Below, one piece after another: positions 19,162-29,486 of a stretch of 64,000 bases of DNA. The notes beneath the pieces were generated by a model. It searched no databases, was not told where the DNA came from, and worked only from the letters and a program-made list of their open reading frames with translations. Source of the stretch: Acidobacteriota bacterium (GTDB taxonomy: Bacteria > Acidobacteriota > UBA6911 > RPQK01 > JAJDTT01). The DNA lies in NCBI GenBank assembly GCA_965209055.1, contig OZ242374.1, positions 4,352,001-4,416,000 on the forward strand. Direction: 5' to 3'. Made by a program: the position numbers and the translations under genes. How positions within the stretch are numbered: the first letter of the stretch is position 1; every line of letters starts with the position of its first letter.

Positions 19162-20511
19162 CTAGTGGCTGGTCTCGGGACCGATTCTGGTCCCCAGGAG
19201 ACTGTTGGCTCCGATTCCGGTGATGTGGACCCGGACGAATGATCCGGGGGGATCCTGACCCGGGAAATTGACCACCTTGTTGGTCGCGGTCCTTCCGAAG
19301 ATGTTCACGCCGTCGCGAGCGGGTCCTTCAACCAGAACCTCGAATTCCCTGCCCAGATACCGGTCCCGGTGGAGCTCGAGCTGGATCTCTTTCTGGCGGC
19401 GCTGCAACTGCATCAGTCGGCGGGTCTTCTCCAGTTCGGTCTGGTCATCCGTCCAGTGTTCGGCATCCGTATAGGGCCGGGGGGAGTATTTGAAGGAGAA
19501 CATGGACTCGTAGCGGACCGCTTCCAGGAGGCTCATGGTCTGCTGAAAATCGTCTTCCGTCTCCCCCGGAAACCCGACGATCACATCGGTGGAAAACGCG
19601 TAATCGGGATTCCAGCGGCGGAACTTGTCGACGATCTCCAGGTATCTCTCGCGAGTGTACTGCCTCCGCATTCGCTTCAAAATCGGATTGGACCCGCTCT
19701 GGACCGGCAGGTGGACCTGGGAACAGATGCGGGGTTCCTGCGCCATCAGCGCGATGGCGTCGTCGTTGAACTCGCGCGGATGCGGAGAGGTGAACCGGAT
19801 TCGCCGGATTCCATCCACGCGCGCCACCTGGGCCAGGAGCTCGGCGAAGCGGAACCGGGGCCGCCGGGGGTCCCGATAACTGTTGACGGTCTGTCCCAAC
19901 AGGACGATCTCCACGAATCCCAGGTCGGCTGCGCGCCGGACTTCGGCCAAAATGGTTTCGGCAGGCCGATTTCGCTCTTTGCCCCGCGTAAAAGGCACGA
20001 TGCAGAACGTGCAGCGCTTGTTGCAGCCCTCCATGATGGTGATCTGGGCCCTGAATCGGCTTGACCGCAGCACCGGTTCGATCTCGACCGGAATCGAGTC
20101 CGCCAGGAATTCGGTGCGGACCCGCCGGGACGGGTCATGATCCGAATCCTTGGAATCCAGCTCGTCCAGGAGATCGGGCAGCGAGTGGTAGAGGTGGGTC
20201 CCCACAACCAGATCAAGAAAAGGAGCCCGCTTCAGCATTCGCTCGCCCTCCTGCTGGGCCACGCAACCCACCACCCCGATTCTGAAGTTGTCCTCCTTGC
20301 GCTTTCGCTCCTTCATCTGTCCCAGACGGCTGTAGACCTTCTGGGCCGCCTTTTCGCGGACGCTGCAGGTGTTGAGCAGGAAAAGATCGGCTTCCTCGGG
20401 CGTCGAGACCGGAGTCATCCCGCGATGAACCAGGAGCCCGGAGATCTTCTCCGAGTCATGCACGTTCATCTGGCATCCGAAGGTCTCGATAAAAAAGCGC
20501 TCAGAACGCAT
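19162..20511 (-). CDS. miaB: tRNA-2-methylthio-N6-isopentenyladenosine synthase
   Basis: TFGCQMNVHDSE, NTCSVREKA, radical SAM GCNKRCTFCIVP, TRAM domain. Confidence 0.96.
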   Translation of the reverse strand: MRSERFFIETFGCQMNVHDSEKISGLLVHRGMTPVSTPEEADLFLLNTCSVREKAAQKVYSRLGQMKERKRKEDNFRIGVVGCVAQQEGERMLKRAPFLDLVVGTHLYHSLPDLLDELDSKDSDHDPSRRVRTEFLADSIPVEIEPVLRSSRFRAQITIMEGCNKRCTFCIVPFTRGKERNRPAETILAEVRRAADLGFVEIVLLGQTVNSYRDPRRPRFRFAELLAQVARVDGIRRIRFTSPHPREFNDDAIALMAQEPRICSQVHLPVQSGSNPILKRMRRQYTRERYLEIVDKFRRWNPDYAFSTDVIVGFPGETEDDFQQTMSLLEAVRYESMFSFKYSPRPYTDAEHWTDDQTELEKTRRLMQLQRRQKEIQLELHRDRYLGREFEVLVEGPARDGVNIFGRTATNKVVNFPGQDPPGSFVRVHITGIGANSLLGTRIGPETSH

Positions 20512-20620
20512 CCTTCAAACTCCGCCGGCCCGCCCGGCAGCCGGTCGTTCGGCCGCCGCAACGGAATTCATTCTAGCCGATGCTCAAAAGGCGAGACAAT
20601 TGCATGGGGTCAAAACGGGA

Positions 20621-22345
20621 TCAGGAGGGCTGAGAGGCCGGCGCCTGAGGATCGTCCCGGGACCCGGAACCGGAGCCGGACGTCGCCCGCCGAAGCAGTT
20701 CCCGGGCCTGCCGGAGCGTCGTCTCCGTCAGCGAATCGCCGGCCGTCATCCGGGCCAGTTCCCGGACCCGCTCGTCTCCCTCCAGGGCCTGGACCCGAAT
20801 CACGGTCCGTCCCCCGCGAACTCCCTTGTCCACGTGCAGATGGCGTGTCGCGTGGCAGGCCAACTGAGGCCAATGGGAAACGCAGAACACCTGGTCGCGG
20901 CGGGCCAGGCGGGCCAATTTCAGGCCCACGGTGGACGCCACGCGGCCGCCGATGCCGGCGTCCACCTCATCGAAGACCAGGGTCTTGGGATACGGCGCGA
21001 ACGCGACCACCGATTTCAGGGCCAGCGTGATTCGCGAAAGCTCGCCTCCCGACGCCGTTCGCCCCAGAGGCCGGGGCGACTCCCCCGGGTTGGAACTGAT
21101 GAGGAATTCGGCGGCATCCGTTCCCTGCCCCGTCTGGACCGACTCGTCGGTTTCGATCCCGACCCGGAATACGCAACCGCCCATGGCCAGTTGGGAAAGC
21201 TCGTCCTCCACCCGCCGGCAAAACTCTCGCGCGTCTGTCCGGCGTTTCCGTGAGAGCTTCCGGGACAGCGAGAGATACCGCGATTCAAGGTCACTCTCCT
21301 CCCGAATCAACTCTTCCTCCCGCATCCGGGAGGAGTCCGCCGACGCCAACTCTTCCTCGATTTCTGCCTGGTGTTCGAGAACCTCCTCCAATGACGGCCC
21401 ATACTTCCTCTTGATGCCCTCCAAGGCCGAGAGTTTTTCTCCGACTTCGTCCAGGCGCGCCGCGTCCCACTGGATCGACGCGGCGTAGTCCCGCAATTCC
21501 AGGCCCACTTCCTCTACTTGGTAACGGAGGTCGAGACTGCGCTCGGCCGCGGATTCCATATCCGGGTCGAGACGGCTGAGATCATGCAGCCGCTTGTGGG
21601 CTTGATCCATAAGAGCGAGAACGCTCGACTCCTGATCGTAAAGCAGCCGATAGCTCTCGTATGCGGCCTGGTGCCGGCTCTCCGCCGTCGCCAGGAGATC
21701 CCGCTCCCGCTCCAGCCTACGGTCCAGCCCCGGTTCCAGGGAAAGCTGTTCCAGCTCCGACCGCTGGAAACGGAGCGTCTCCATTCTCTCGCGCCGCCGG
21801 CTCGCGCCTTCCCGGAGCCGTTCGAGACGCCGGCGGACCGCCTCCAGATCGACGTAGACCTGCCGGACCCGGTCCACCAGTTCCCCGTTTTCGCCAAAAC
21901 CGTCCAGGTGCCGAAGGTGGGTTCGCGGCCGCAACAGGCTCTGTTGATCGTGCTGGCCGTGGATGTCCGCCATCAGGCTCCCCAGGCGAACCAGGGCGCC
22001 CAGCGTCGAAAGGTTTCCGTTGATGAAGATTCGATTGGCGCCGGTCCGGGAAATCTCGCGCCGGATCACTATTTCGCCGTCTTCGGCCTCCAGGCCCGTT
22101 TCCTCCAGAAGGGACCATGCAGGATGCCCGGGTTTCAGGGAGAAGACGCCCTCGACCCGGGCCTTGCCGAAACCCTCTCGAATCATCTCCTGGGAGGCCC
22201 GTTCTCCTGCCAGAAGGGACACCGAATCCACCAGGATGGATTTCCCGGATCCGGTCTCGCCGGTGATCAGATTGAGCCCCGGGGCGAAATCCAGCTCCAG
22301 CCGGTCAATCAACGCGAAGTTGCTGATACGAAGGTACTTGAGCAT
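20621..22345 (-). CDS. recN: DNA repair protein RecN
   Basis: ITGETGSGKS Walker A, DIHGQHDQ, ASGGELSR, VFDEVDAGIGG; start ATG 22345. Confidence 0.95.
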   Translation of the reverse strand: MLKYLRISNFALIDRLELDFAPGLNLITGETGSGKSILVDSVSLLAGERASQEMIREGFGKARVEGVFSLKPGHPAWSLLEETGLEAEDGEIVIRREISRTGANRIFINGNLSTLGALVRLGSLMADIHGQHDQQSLLRPRTHLRHLDGFGENGELVDRVRQVYVDLEAVRRRLERLREGASRRRERMETLRFQRSELEQLSLEPGLDRRLERERDLLATAESRHQAAYESYRLLYDQESSVLALMDQAHKRLHDLSRLDPDMESAAERSLDLRYQVEEVGLELRDYAASIQWDAARLDEVGEKLSALEGIKRKYGPSLEEVLEHQAEIEEELASADSSRMREEELIREESDLESRYLSLSRKLSRKRRTDAREFCRRVEDELSQLAMGGCVFRVGIETDESVQTGQGTDAAEFLISSNPGESPRPLGRTASGGELSRITLALKSVVAFAPYPKTLVFDEVDAGIGGRVASTVGLKLARLARRDQVFCVSHWPQLACHATRHLHVDKGVRGGRTVIRVQALEGDERVRELARMTAGDSLTETTLRQARELLRRATSGSGSGSRDDPQAPASQPS

Positions 22346-22515
22346 GACCTGTCGAGGGGAGGCGAGGTCGGGTTTCGCCCTTGGCCCGGAAACAGGAATC
22401 ATTATAGGGAAACCGGGCCTGCTCCGGGAGACGCGCGAGCCCGGATATGACATAGGCCTGTTCTACAATTTGGCGGCTTGTTCTCGAAGGGATTGACCGT
22501 AGCAGCGGGGGAATA

Positions 22516-23235
22516 ATGGCAGGTGGTTGGCTGATTGCTCAGGGTTCCTTCGGCAGCTTCTGGTCTCTCATCGCCCAGAGCGGGCCGGTGGCCCTCCTGG
22601 TGCTTCTGGTCCTGCTCTTCTTCTCCGTTCTGTCTTGGACTATCATCGTATCCAAGGTCAGGGCCTACAAGAGGGTGGAAGAGCAGTCGTACGAGTTCAC
22701 CGAGTTCTTCCGGCGCAGCTCGAGTCTCTCCGAGATCCACCGGGCCTGTGACGACTACCCGCTTTCGCCGCTGGCCGGAATATTCAAGGCCGGCTATCGG
22801 GAGTTGGATCATTGGATTCAAGCCAAGGGAGACGTGAGCCGGACCAACCCCATGGACCAGCACGTTGCCATACGCAGCATAGGCGGGTTGGAGAGAGCGT
22901 TGCGCAAGGCGGCCGGAGCCGAGATGACCACGCTGGAAGGCTCCCTGAGTTGGCTGGCGACGACGGGATCGGTCACCCCGTTCATCGGCCTCTTCGGAAC
23001 GGTCATCGGCATCATCAACGCGTTTCAGGGATTGGGAGAGGGTTCGGGCACCACCATCCAGGCCGTCGCTCCCGGGATCAGCGAGGCCTTGGTCGCGACG
23101 GCGGCAGGCCTTTTCGCCGCAATTCCTGCGGTGATTGCCTACAACCATTTTCTGAACCGGCTGAAAGTCATCGGCATCGAAATGGACGATTTCACCACCG
23201 AGCTCCTGAACCTGATCGAGCGGAGTTTCGCCTGA
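22516..23235 (+). CDS. tolQ: TolQ (MotA/TolQ/ExbB proton channel)
   Basis: LATTGSVTPFIGLFGTVIGI, VAPGISEALVATAAGLFAAIPA; first gene of the tol-pal cluster. Confidence 0.93.
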   Translation: MAGGWLIAQGSFGSFWSLIAQSGPVALLVLLVLLFFSVLSWTIIVSKVRAYKRVEEQSYEFTEFFRRSSSLSEIHRACDDYPLSPLAGIFKAGYRELDHWIQAKGDVSRTNPMDQHVAIRSIGGLERALRKAAGAEMTTLEGSLSWLATTGSVTPFIGLFGTVIGIINAFQGLGEGSGTTIQAVAPGISEALVATAAGLFAAIPAVIAYNHFLNRLKVIGIEMDDFTTELLNLIERSFA

Positions 23236-23350
23236 TGGAACGGATCCGCAGCCGCGGCGGCCGATTCGTCCGGCAGTTGCGTTTTCGGACGGAACGGTAT
23301 CCGTCAGCTTGCGTCCGGCGGCACAGCGGCCTTTGCAACAGGAGGGCTGC

Positions 23351-23770
23351 GTGGCCTTCTCCGGCATAAATCCGACTCGGCCTTCCATGTCCGAGATCAA
23401 CGTCACTCCGTTGGTGGACGTCGTATTGGTCCTCCTGATCATCTTCATGGTGACGGCGCCGATCCTCCAGACCGGAATCGAAGTCAATCTTCCCCGGACG
23501 CGCACCGTTTCCAACGTCGATCCGGAGCAGCGCGCCGTGGTGACCATCGGACGCGAGGAAACCCTGTACTATGGGTCCTCACCTTTGAATTTCAATGAGT
23601 TGGGCGAGCGGTTGAAGACCGATATCGGGACCGGGAACCTGCCTGTGTTCCTCCAGGCCGACGAGGACGTCCGCTGGAAAACGATCGTCACCGTCATGGA
23701 CGCAATCCGGCTCTCGGGATACACGAATATCCAGGTCGTGACCCGGCCTTTCAAGGAGAAGGCCCCGTAG
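23351..23770 (+). CDS. tolR: TolR (ExbD/TolR)
   Basis: SEINVTPLVDVVLVLLIIFMVTAP; GGAGG RBS before GTG 23351. Confidence 0.92.
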   Translation: MAFSGINPTRPSMSEINVTPLVDVVLVLLIIFMVTAPILQTGIEVNLPRTRTVSNVDPEQRAVVTIGREETLYYGSSPLNFNELGERLKTDIGTGNLPVFLQADEDVRWKTIVTVMDAIRLSGYTNIQVVTRPFKEKAP

Positions 23771-23787
23771 GCCGCCGCAGGAAACCG

Positions 23788-24621
23788 ATGCCGCAAAGCC
23801 GAATCCTGATCACCCACGTCAAGAGCGACCGCCTTTCGCGTCCCTTCGTCTTTTCTGCGGTGGGGCACGCCGTTCTGTTTCTGGGCGCCACCTTCGTGAC
23901 CGACCTTTTCCCACCTGTGGAGATCGTCAGCGGAAGCACCGGCGCGGGCGGAGGCCAGGGAGGAAACCTGGTCTCGGTCGGCCTGGCGGCCGATCTGGGC
24001 GGCGGCGCCGGCATGTACAAGCCGGCAGTGACCCCCAGAGTCCAGGCGGCTCCTCCTCCCCAGACCAAGCGGAAACAGGAGGTGACCCCGAAGCCCGCGC
24101 CCGACCAGATCGAGTTTCAGCAGAAGACTTCACGCAAGCGCCGGTCACGTCCCAAGAAAAAAGCTCCTGTCCCCTCCCGCGCCGGTTCCAAGGACTCCCA
24201 ATCCAACGCCAAGGCACAAGTCCCCCGGAAAGCCGACGCCGGCAGCGGTGGCACCGGTGGAGCCCCGTCGGGATCCGGGGGTGGATTCGGCGGTGGACAG
24301 GGAGTGCGCGTCGGCAGCGGCACCGGGCAGGAGGGATTGCACTCCTGGTACGCTCGTCAGGTCGAGCAGCGGGTGGGACAGAACTGGCTCCGGGCTTCGT
24401 TGGGTGGGCTGGCGAGACCCGTGGAAACGGTCGTCAGCTTCGAGGTGCTGCGAAACGGCCGGATCCATCGGATCAAATTGGAGCAGGCCAGCGGGGTTCG
24501 AGCCGTTGATCTGGCCGCTCAACGCGCCATCCGCGCCAGCAGCCCATTGCCCGCTCTTCCACCGGAGTTGCGAAACCGAAGAGTGCGATTTGTGACCTAC
24601 TTCCAATATCCCCCACGGTGA
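23788..24621 (+). CDS. tolA: TolA/TonB-family energy transducer
   Basis: N-terminal TM with SxxxH (SAVGH), Pro/Lys/Gly-rich linker, TonB_C-like C-terminus (SGVRAVDLAAQRAI); sits between tolR and tolB. Confidence 0.8.
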   Translation: MPQSRILITHVKSDRLSRPFVFSAVGHAVLFLGATFVTDLFPPVEIVSGSTGAGGGQGGNLVSVGLAADLGGGAGMYKPAVTPRVQAAPPPQTKRKQEVTPKPAPDQIEFQQKTSRKRRSRPKKKAPVPSRAGSKDSQSNAKAQVPRKADAGSGGTGGAPSGSGGGFGGGQGVRVGSGTGQEGLHSWYARQVEQRVGQNWLRASLGGLARPVETVVSFEVLRNGRIHRIKLEQASGVRAVDLAAQRAIRASSPLPALPPELRNRRVRFVTYFQYPPR

Positions 24622-25979
24622 AATCGAGGGATTGCATCATGTCTCCAGCCATTTCGTCTTTGGCCACTGTCCTCATCCTCACGCTCGTCGCGCCGACGGG
24701 AATGGCGCAGCCGTCCGACGTCAAGATCTACCCCAAGGCTCGAGAAAGCACGCGCCTGGCGGTGGCCGACTTCGTGGCCCGGACAGCGGTCACTCCGCAG
24801 ACCCGGACGGCCGCGAAGGTCTTCAATGACGTTCTCTGGACGGATCTCAAATTCTCGGCATTCTTCGAAATGCCGTCCAAGAGCTTCTATCCCTTGAAGC
24901 CGCTGCGGTCGCCGCAGGACGTGAGTTTCGATCACTGGCAGGCGCCGACTCTGGACGTCGACTTTCTGGCCTTCGGCAATCTCCACGTGGATGCCGCCGG
25001 AGCCATGATCGAAGGGTACCTCTACGACGTGAAAACGCGCCAGCAGGTGCTGGGAAAGCGCTATTCCGTATCCGACGTGACGCTGATTCGAAGGGTTGCC
25101 CACCAGTTGGCGGACCAGATCGTCTACCAGTTGTCGGCCGGCACCAGCCAGGGTGTGGCCAGCACGCAGATCACATACAGCTCGCTGAAATCGGGGAGCA
25201 AGGAAATCTACACCATGGACTATGACGGTTCCAACGTCCGAACCGTCACCGCCAACCAGGGAATCAACAAGTTTCCCGACTGGTCCGAAGACAATTCAAA
25301 ACTGGCCTTCGTGACCATTCTGCCCGGAAGCGCCCGCTGGCAGTTCTGGATCCAGAGCCTGCAAGGGGGCCGGAGCGTCATTGCAACACCCACTTCGTAT
25401 GTGTCGTCACCGGCTTTCTCCCCCGATGGCCGGCAGATCGCCTACTCCGCCCGCGGCCGCGGACATTCCAATGCGGACATCTATGTGTCGAACGCTGACG
25501 GATCCGGCAAGAACAACATCTCCAACCATCCGGCTATCGACACTTCGCCGACCTGGAGCCCCTCGTCCCGGCAGATCGCCTTCATCTCGGACCGGACCGG
25601 ACGGCCCCAACTCTGGCTCATGGATGCCGACGGATCCGACCTCCGGCAATTGGTGTCGGAAGGAGGCCACTGCGACAGTCCCAGTTGGGCCCCGGACGGA
25701 AGACACATCATCTACTCTTGGCAGGCCCCAAAACGTTGGAAACACGATGTTTATATAGTAGAAGTGGCCAGCGGAAAGATTTTCCAGCTGACCTCGGGAA
25801 CCGGAAGCAACGAACATCCCGACTGGTCCCCGGACGGCAGGCACATCGTCTTCCAGAGTACTCGAACCGGTTCCAAACAACTGTTCATCATGAATGCCGA
25901 CGGCAAGAGTAGAAGGCAAATTACGGCCTATGGTATAAACGAAAGTCCAGCTTGGTCAGGCTACCTGACCCGTCCCTGA
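24618..25979 (+). CDS. tolB: Tol-Pal beta-propeller protein TolB
   Basis: Signal peptide, MDYDG, repeated SPxWSPDG PD40 motifs. Confidence 0.92.
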   Translation: MKSRDCIMSPAISSLATVLILTLVAPTGMAQPSDVKIYPKARESTRLAVADFVARTAVTPQTRTAAKVFNDVLWTDLKFSAFFEMPSKSFYPLKPLRSPQDVSFDHWQAPTLDVDFLAFGNLHVDAAGAMIEGYLYDVKTRQQVLGKRYSVSDVTLIRRVAHQLADQIVYQLSAGTSQGVASTQITYSSLKSGSKEIYTMDYDGSNVRTVTANQGINKFPDWSEDNSKLAFVTILPGSARWQFWIQSLQGGRSVIATPTSYVSSPAFSPDGRQIAYSARGRGHSNADIYVSNADGSGKNNISNHPAIDTSPTWSPSSRQIAFISDRTGRPQLWLMDADGSDLRQLVSEGGHCDSPSWAPDGRHIIYSWQAPKRWKHDVYIVEVASGKIFQLTSGTGSNEHPDWSPDGRHIVFQSTRTGSKQLFIMNADGKSRRQITAYGINESPAWSGYLTRP

Positions 25980-26007
25980 GTGTAATTTTTCCTTCCAAGG
26001 AGGTCCA

Positions 26008-26778
26008 ATGAACAGAGGCTTTCTGGTCACAGTGCGATTCGTTCCCTGTGTGTTAATGCTGCTGGCGGTGGGAAGCTGCAAGAAAAAGCCCCCCCCGGCC
26101 GTTGCGGCTGCCGACGCTCCAGCGGTGGCGGCCCCCACCAAACCGGCGGCCGTCATGCCGACCATTGAAATTACGGCGGAGCCCGGCACCATCGAGCGGG
26201 GCAGCCAGACGACGTTGAATTGGAAGAGCACGGATGCCACTTCCGTGCTCATCGACGGAGGTGTCGGCAACGTCGCCGAAACCGGTTCCCTGGTCCTCTC
26301 TCCAGCGGAGTCCACCACGTATACGGCCATCGCCCGCGGCAGCGGCGGCAGTGCCCGTGACAGTACCCGCGTGACCGTGGTGCCCAAGAGGGCTGACAAA
26401 CTGTCGGTCACGGATATCGAAGGTCTTCAGCGGGCCATCGACGATGGGCGGGTCCGTCCCATCTTCTTCGACTATGACAAGGCCCTGTTGGGCCCCAGGT
26501 CCAAGGGGATCCTGGAGGAGAACGCTCGCTGGATCAAAAGGTTCCCGACGGCGACGGTCATCGTCGAGGGACACTGCGACGAACGTGGCAGCGAAGAGTA
26601 CAACCTGGCTCTGGGAGATCGCCGCGCCCAGGCGACTCGCGACTACCTGCTGGACGCCGGCGTGAGTCCGACTCAGTTGGAAGCCCTCTCCTTCGGCGAG
26701 GAGCGTCCCTTCGAGAGCTGTCACGATGAGACCTGTTGGAGCAAGAACCGCCGCGCCCATTTCGCCGTCAAACGATAG
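26008..26778 (+). CDS. pal: Peptidoglycan-associated lipoprotein Pal with an extra N-terminal Ig-like domain
   Basis: Lipobox VGSC, IFFDYDK, EGHCDERGSEEYNLALGDRRA, KNRRA. Confidence 0.93.
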   Translation: MNRGFLVTVRFVPCVLMLLAVGSCKKKPPPAVAAADAPAVAAPTKPAAVMPTIEITAEPGTIERGSQTTLNWKSTDATSVLIDGGVGNVAETGSLVLSPAESTTYTAIARGSGGSARDSTRVTVVPKRADKLSVTDIEGLQRAIDDGRVRPIFFDYDKALLGPRSKGILEENARWIKRFPTATVIVEGHCDERGSEEYNLALGDRRAQATRDYLLDAGVSPTQLEALSFGEERPFESCHDETCWSKNRRAHFAVKR

Positions 26779-26907
26779 GGGCAGGCGTTGAACTTTCCGC
26801 TCGGTCGTGGGACAGGAGAGACAGCTTGCCCCGGTCCCACGGATGCCGGCGGTGGATTGTACGGGATGTCCGGCCATTACCGGAGGAACTCAACCTAGGA
26901 GCAGGCC

Positions 26908-27738
26908 ATGAAACTGTCAGCAGCCGTTCTCACGCCAGTATCGCTCGGATTATTCGCCTTCTCGATGGGCGGCACCAAGGAGGAGATCATTCGTCTGCAG
27001 AGCGATGTTCTTCAGCTCTCGAACCAGATTCGCTTGCTCCAGAAGAGCAACGACGAGACCGGATCCGTGTTCAAGTCCCTTCTGGAACAATTGAATGATC
27101 AGGTGGCACAGATGAATCTGGCGACGGATGAGTTGCACCGGACCATGCAGGATCAGAAGACGGATGTCTTCAACCTGGTCACTTCGATCCGATCCGAAGT
27201 CCAGAATCTGAGCGTAAAACTGGACGACACCAACAACCGGCTGGCGTCCGTGCAGAAACAGCAGGAAGAGCAGCAACTCAGAATGCAGTCGCTGAGAACG
27301 GCGCCGGCGAGCGCCGAGGGCAGAATCCAGCCCGATCAAGCCTACGCTGCCGCCTACAATGACTACATCATCGGAAACTACGACTTGGCCATCGCCGGTT
27401 TTCAGGACCTCCTGGCCAGCCATCCGGACAGCGAGTACAGCGACAACGCCCTCTACTACAGCGGCAGGTGTTCACTGGAGCAGAAGCGCTACGAACAGGC
27501 CATCCAAAACTTCGACCAGGTCATCAACCTGTATCCCAAGGGAGACAAGACAGCGGAGGCCTATTTCAAGAAGGCTCAGGTCTACCAGCACCTGCAGAAA
27601 AATACGGATGCCATCGACACCTTCAGGGAACTGATCGAAATCTTTCCGGATTCTCAGGAAGCGGTCCGCGCGCAACAGGAACTGGAGCGTATGGGCGTGG
27701 ATGTCGCTCAGACCAATCGGCGTTCCGGCCGCAGATGA
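26908..27738 (+). CDS. cpoB: Cell division coordinator CpoB/YbgF
   Basis: Coiled-coil N-terminus plus TPR repeats (SEYSDNALYY, YPKGDK); directly after pal. Confidence 0.85.
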   Translation: MKLSAAVLTPVSLGLFAFSMGGTKEEIIRLQSDVLQLSNQIRLLQKSNDETGSVFKSLLEQLNDQVAQMNLATDELHRTMQDQKTDVFNLVTSIRSEVQNLSVKLDDTNNRLASVQKQQEEQQLRMQSLRTAPASAEGRIQPDQAYAAAYNDYIIGNYDLAIAGFQDLLASHPDSEYSDNALYYSGRCSLEQKRYEQAIQNFDQVINLYPKGDKTAEAYFKKAQVYQHLQKNTDAIDTFRELIEIFPDSQEAVRAQQELERMGVDVAQTNRRSGRR

Positions 27739-27753
27739 CTCCGCGGCGACGGG

Positions 27754-28188
27754 TCAGAACGGGATGTCGTCGTCGGTGATCTCCACCTCCTGGGACGGCT
27801 GAGACGGCGCTGAACTCCGACGAGCAGGCCGGTCGGCTGGAGGGCGCCCTCCCATCCCGTCTGCCCGCGAATCCAGCATCTTCATGGCCAATGCTACGAT
27901 TTCAGTAGTGCGCCTTCGGTTCCCGTCTCGATCCTCCCACTCCCGGGTCTGGATTCGTCCCTCGATCATGACGAGACTTCCCTTACGCAGATATTTCTCG
28001 CATATCTCCGCCAGCCTTCTCCAGACGACGATCCTGTGCCACTCGGTCCGTTCCTGCCGTTCCCCACTTTGATCGGTCCAGACCTCGTTGGTCGCCACGG
28101 AAAAATCCGCCACCGCAGTGCCTGACGTCGTATGTCGAACTTCAGGATCGCGCCCCAGTCTTCCGATCAAGATTGCCTTGTTGAACAT
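27754..28188 (-). CDS. ssb: Single-stranded DNA-binding protein
   Basis: [26 protein letters not shown]-terminal DDDIPF. Confidence 0.97.
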   Translation of the reverse strand: MFNKAILIGRLGRDPEVRHTTSGTAVADFSVATNEVWTDQSGERQERTEWHRIVVWRRLAEICEKYLRKGSLVMIEGRIQTREWEDRDGNRRRTTEIVALAMKMLDSRADGMGGRPPADRPARRSSAPSQPSQEVEITDDDIPF

Positions 28189-28321
28189 CACCAACCTCCT
28201 TCGTCTGTCGTCCTTCTCACTATAACGACCGACCCCGAAAAAAACGCGTGCCGGCCTGCAACCGCACTGTCCCCTCGGAGAGTCGACCCGCTTGGCAGGT
28301 TTCGGCGGACGGTGGGTCCGT

Positions 28322-29473
28322 TCAGATGCGGCGTGCCCCGAACCGTTCGTATCCGACCAGTTCGATGACCGTCTCGATTCGTCGATCCCCTCGATGGAAG
28401 CTGGCGCCGATCCGGTCTCCGGGCCGCTTGTCGGCCAGCAGACGGACCAGGTCGTCGTGGCTCCGAACGGGCTGGCCGTCCAGGGAGACCAGAATGTCAC
28501 CCCCGATGATGAGAAAGAAGTTTCCCAGCAGGACTCTCCGCCGGCCGCCCCTCAGTCCGGCCAGATCCGAAGAACTCCCCTGCTCCACCCGTTCGATGAG
28601 AAGCCCTTCCTGAACCGGCAGCTTCAGTGCGCTCGCCAACCCCGGCGTCAGCGCTCGTCCCTGGACTCCGAACCAGGGACGGCGAACGTATCCCAGGGAG
28701 ACCAGATCGGGAACGATACGACGCAGTATGTTCACCGGGACCGCGAAACCGATCCCGGCGCTCTCGCCCGATCTGGAGTAGATGGCGGTGTTGATTCCGA
28801 TGAGCTCCCCCTGCGTGTTCAACAGCGGTCCCCCGCTGTTTCCGGGATTGATGGCGGCGTCGCTCTGGATGACGTTTTCGATGACTCCCGAGTCGGTTCT
28901 CAGGCTCCGGCCCAGGGAAGAGATGATTCCCGTCGTCAACGTGTGCTCGAATCCGAAGGGATTGCCGATGGCCAGAACCTTCTGCCCGACTTTCAGGTTG
29001 TCGCTGCTGCCCAGCTCGATGGGATGAAGTTTTTCGGCCGGACAATCGATCTCCAGGATCGCCAGATCGTTGAATCGATCGGTCCCCAGAACCTCGGCCT
29101 CGTAGCTGCTCTTGTCGTAGAGGGTGACTTCGATGCGGCTGGCCTCCTGAACGACATGGAAATTGGTCACGATGCGGCCCTTGCGGTCGATGACCACACC
29201 GCTGCCCACCCCCCGCCGCGGGATGACGTCGAACCAGAAGTTCCGCTCCAGAGTGGTGCTGGTCACGTTGACCACGCCCGGTCCCAGCTCATCATAGATG
29301 CGGATGTTGATGTCTTCGTCCTGGGTTCGGCCGGTGCCGGCCGTCTGCGTCCGGGGTTTGATGTACCCGGCATGGGCCGGCTCGGAAACCGGCCACCGAA
29401 TCAGGAAGACCACCAGCGCGGTGGAAAGCAGACTGCTGGCCAGAACCAGTCTCCAGAATTCCGTCCTCTTCAT
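28322..29473 (-). CDS. HtrA/DegS-like trypsin protease with one PDZ domain
   Basis: [24 protein letters not shown] catalytic motifs; N-terminal TM. Confidence 0.92.
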   Translation of the reverse strand: MKRTEFWRLVLASSLLSTALVVFLIRWPVSEPAHAGYIKPRTQTAGTGRTQDEDINIRIYDELGPGVVNVTSTTLERNFWFDVIPRRGVGSGVVIDRKGRIVTNFHVVQEASRIEVTLYDKSSYEAEVLGTDRFNDLAILEIDCPAEKLHPIELGSSDNLKVGQKVLAIGNPFGFEHTLTTGIISSLGRSLRTDSGVIENVIQSDAAINPGNSGGPLLNTQGELIGINTAIYSRSGESAGIGFAVPVNILRRIVPDLVSLGYVRRPWFGVQGRALTPGLASALKLPVQEGLLIERVEQGSSSDLAGLRGGRRRVLLGNFFLIIGGDILVSLDGQPVRSHDDLVRLLADKRPGDRIGASFHRGDRRIETVIELVGYERFGARRI

Positions 29474-29486
29474 GGACCCGATTATA

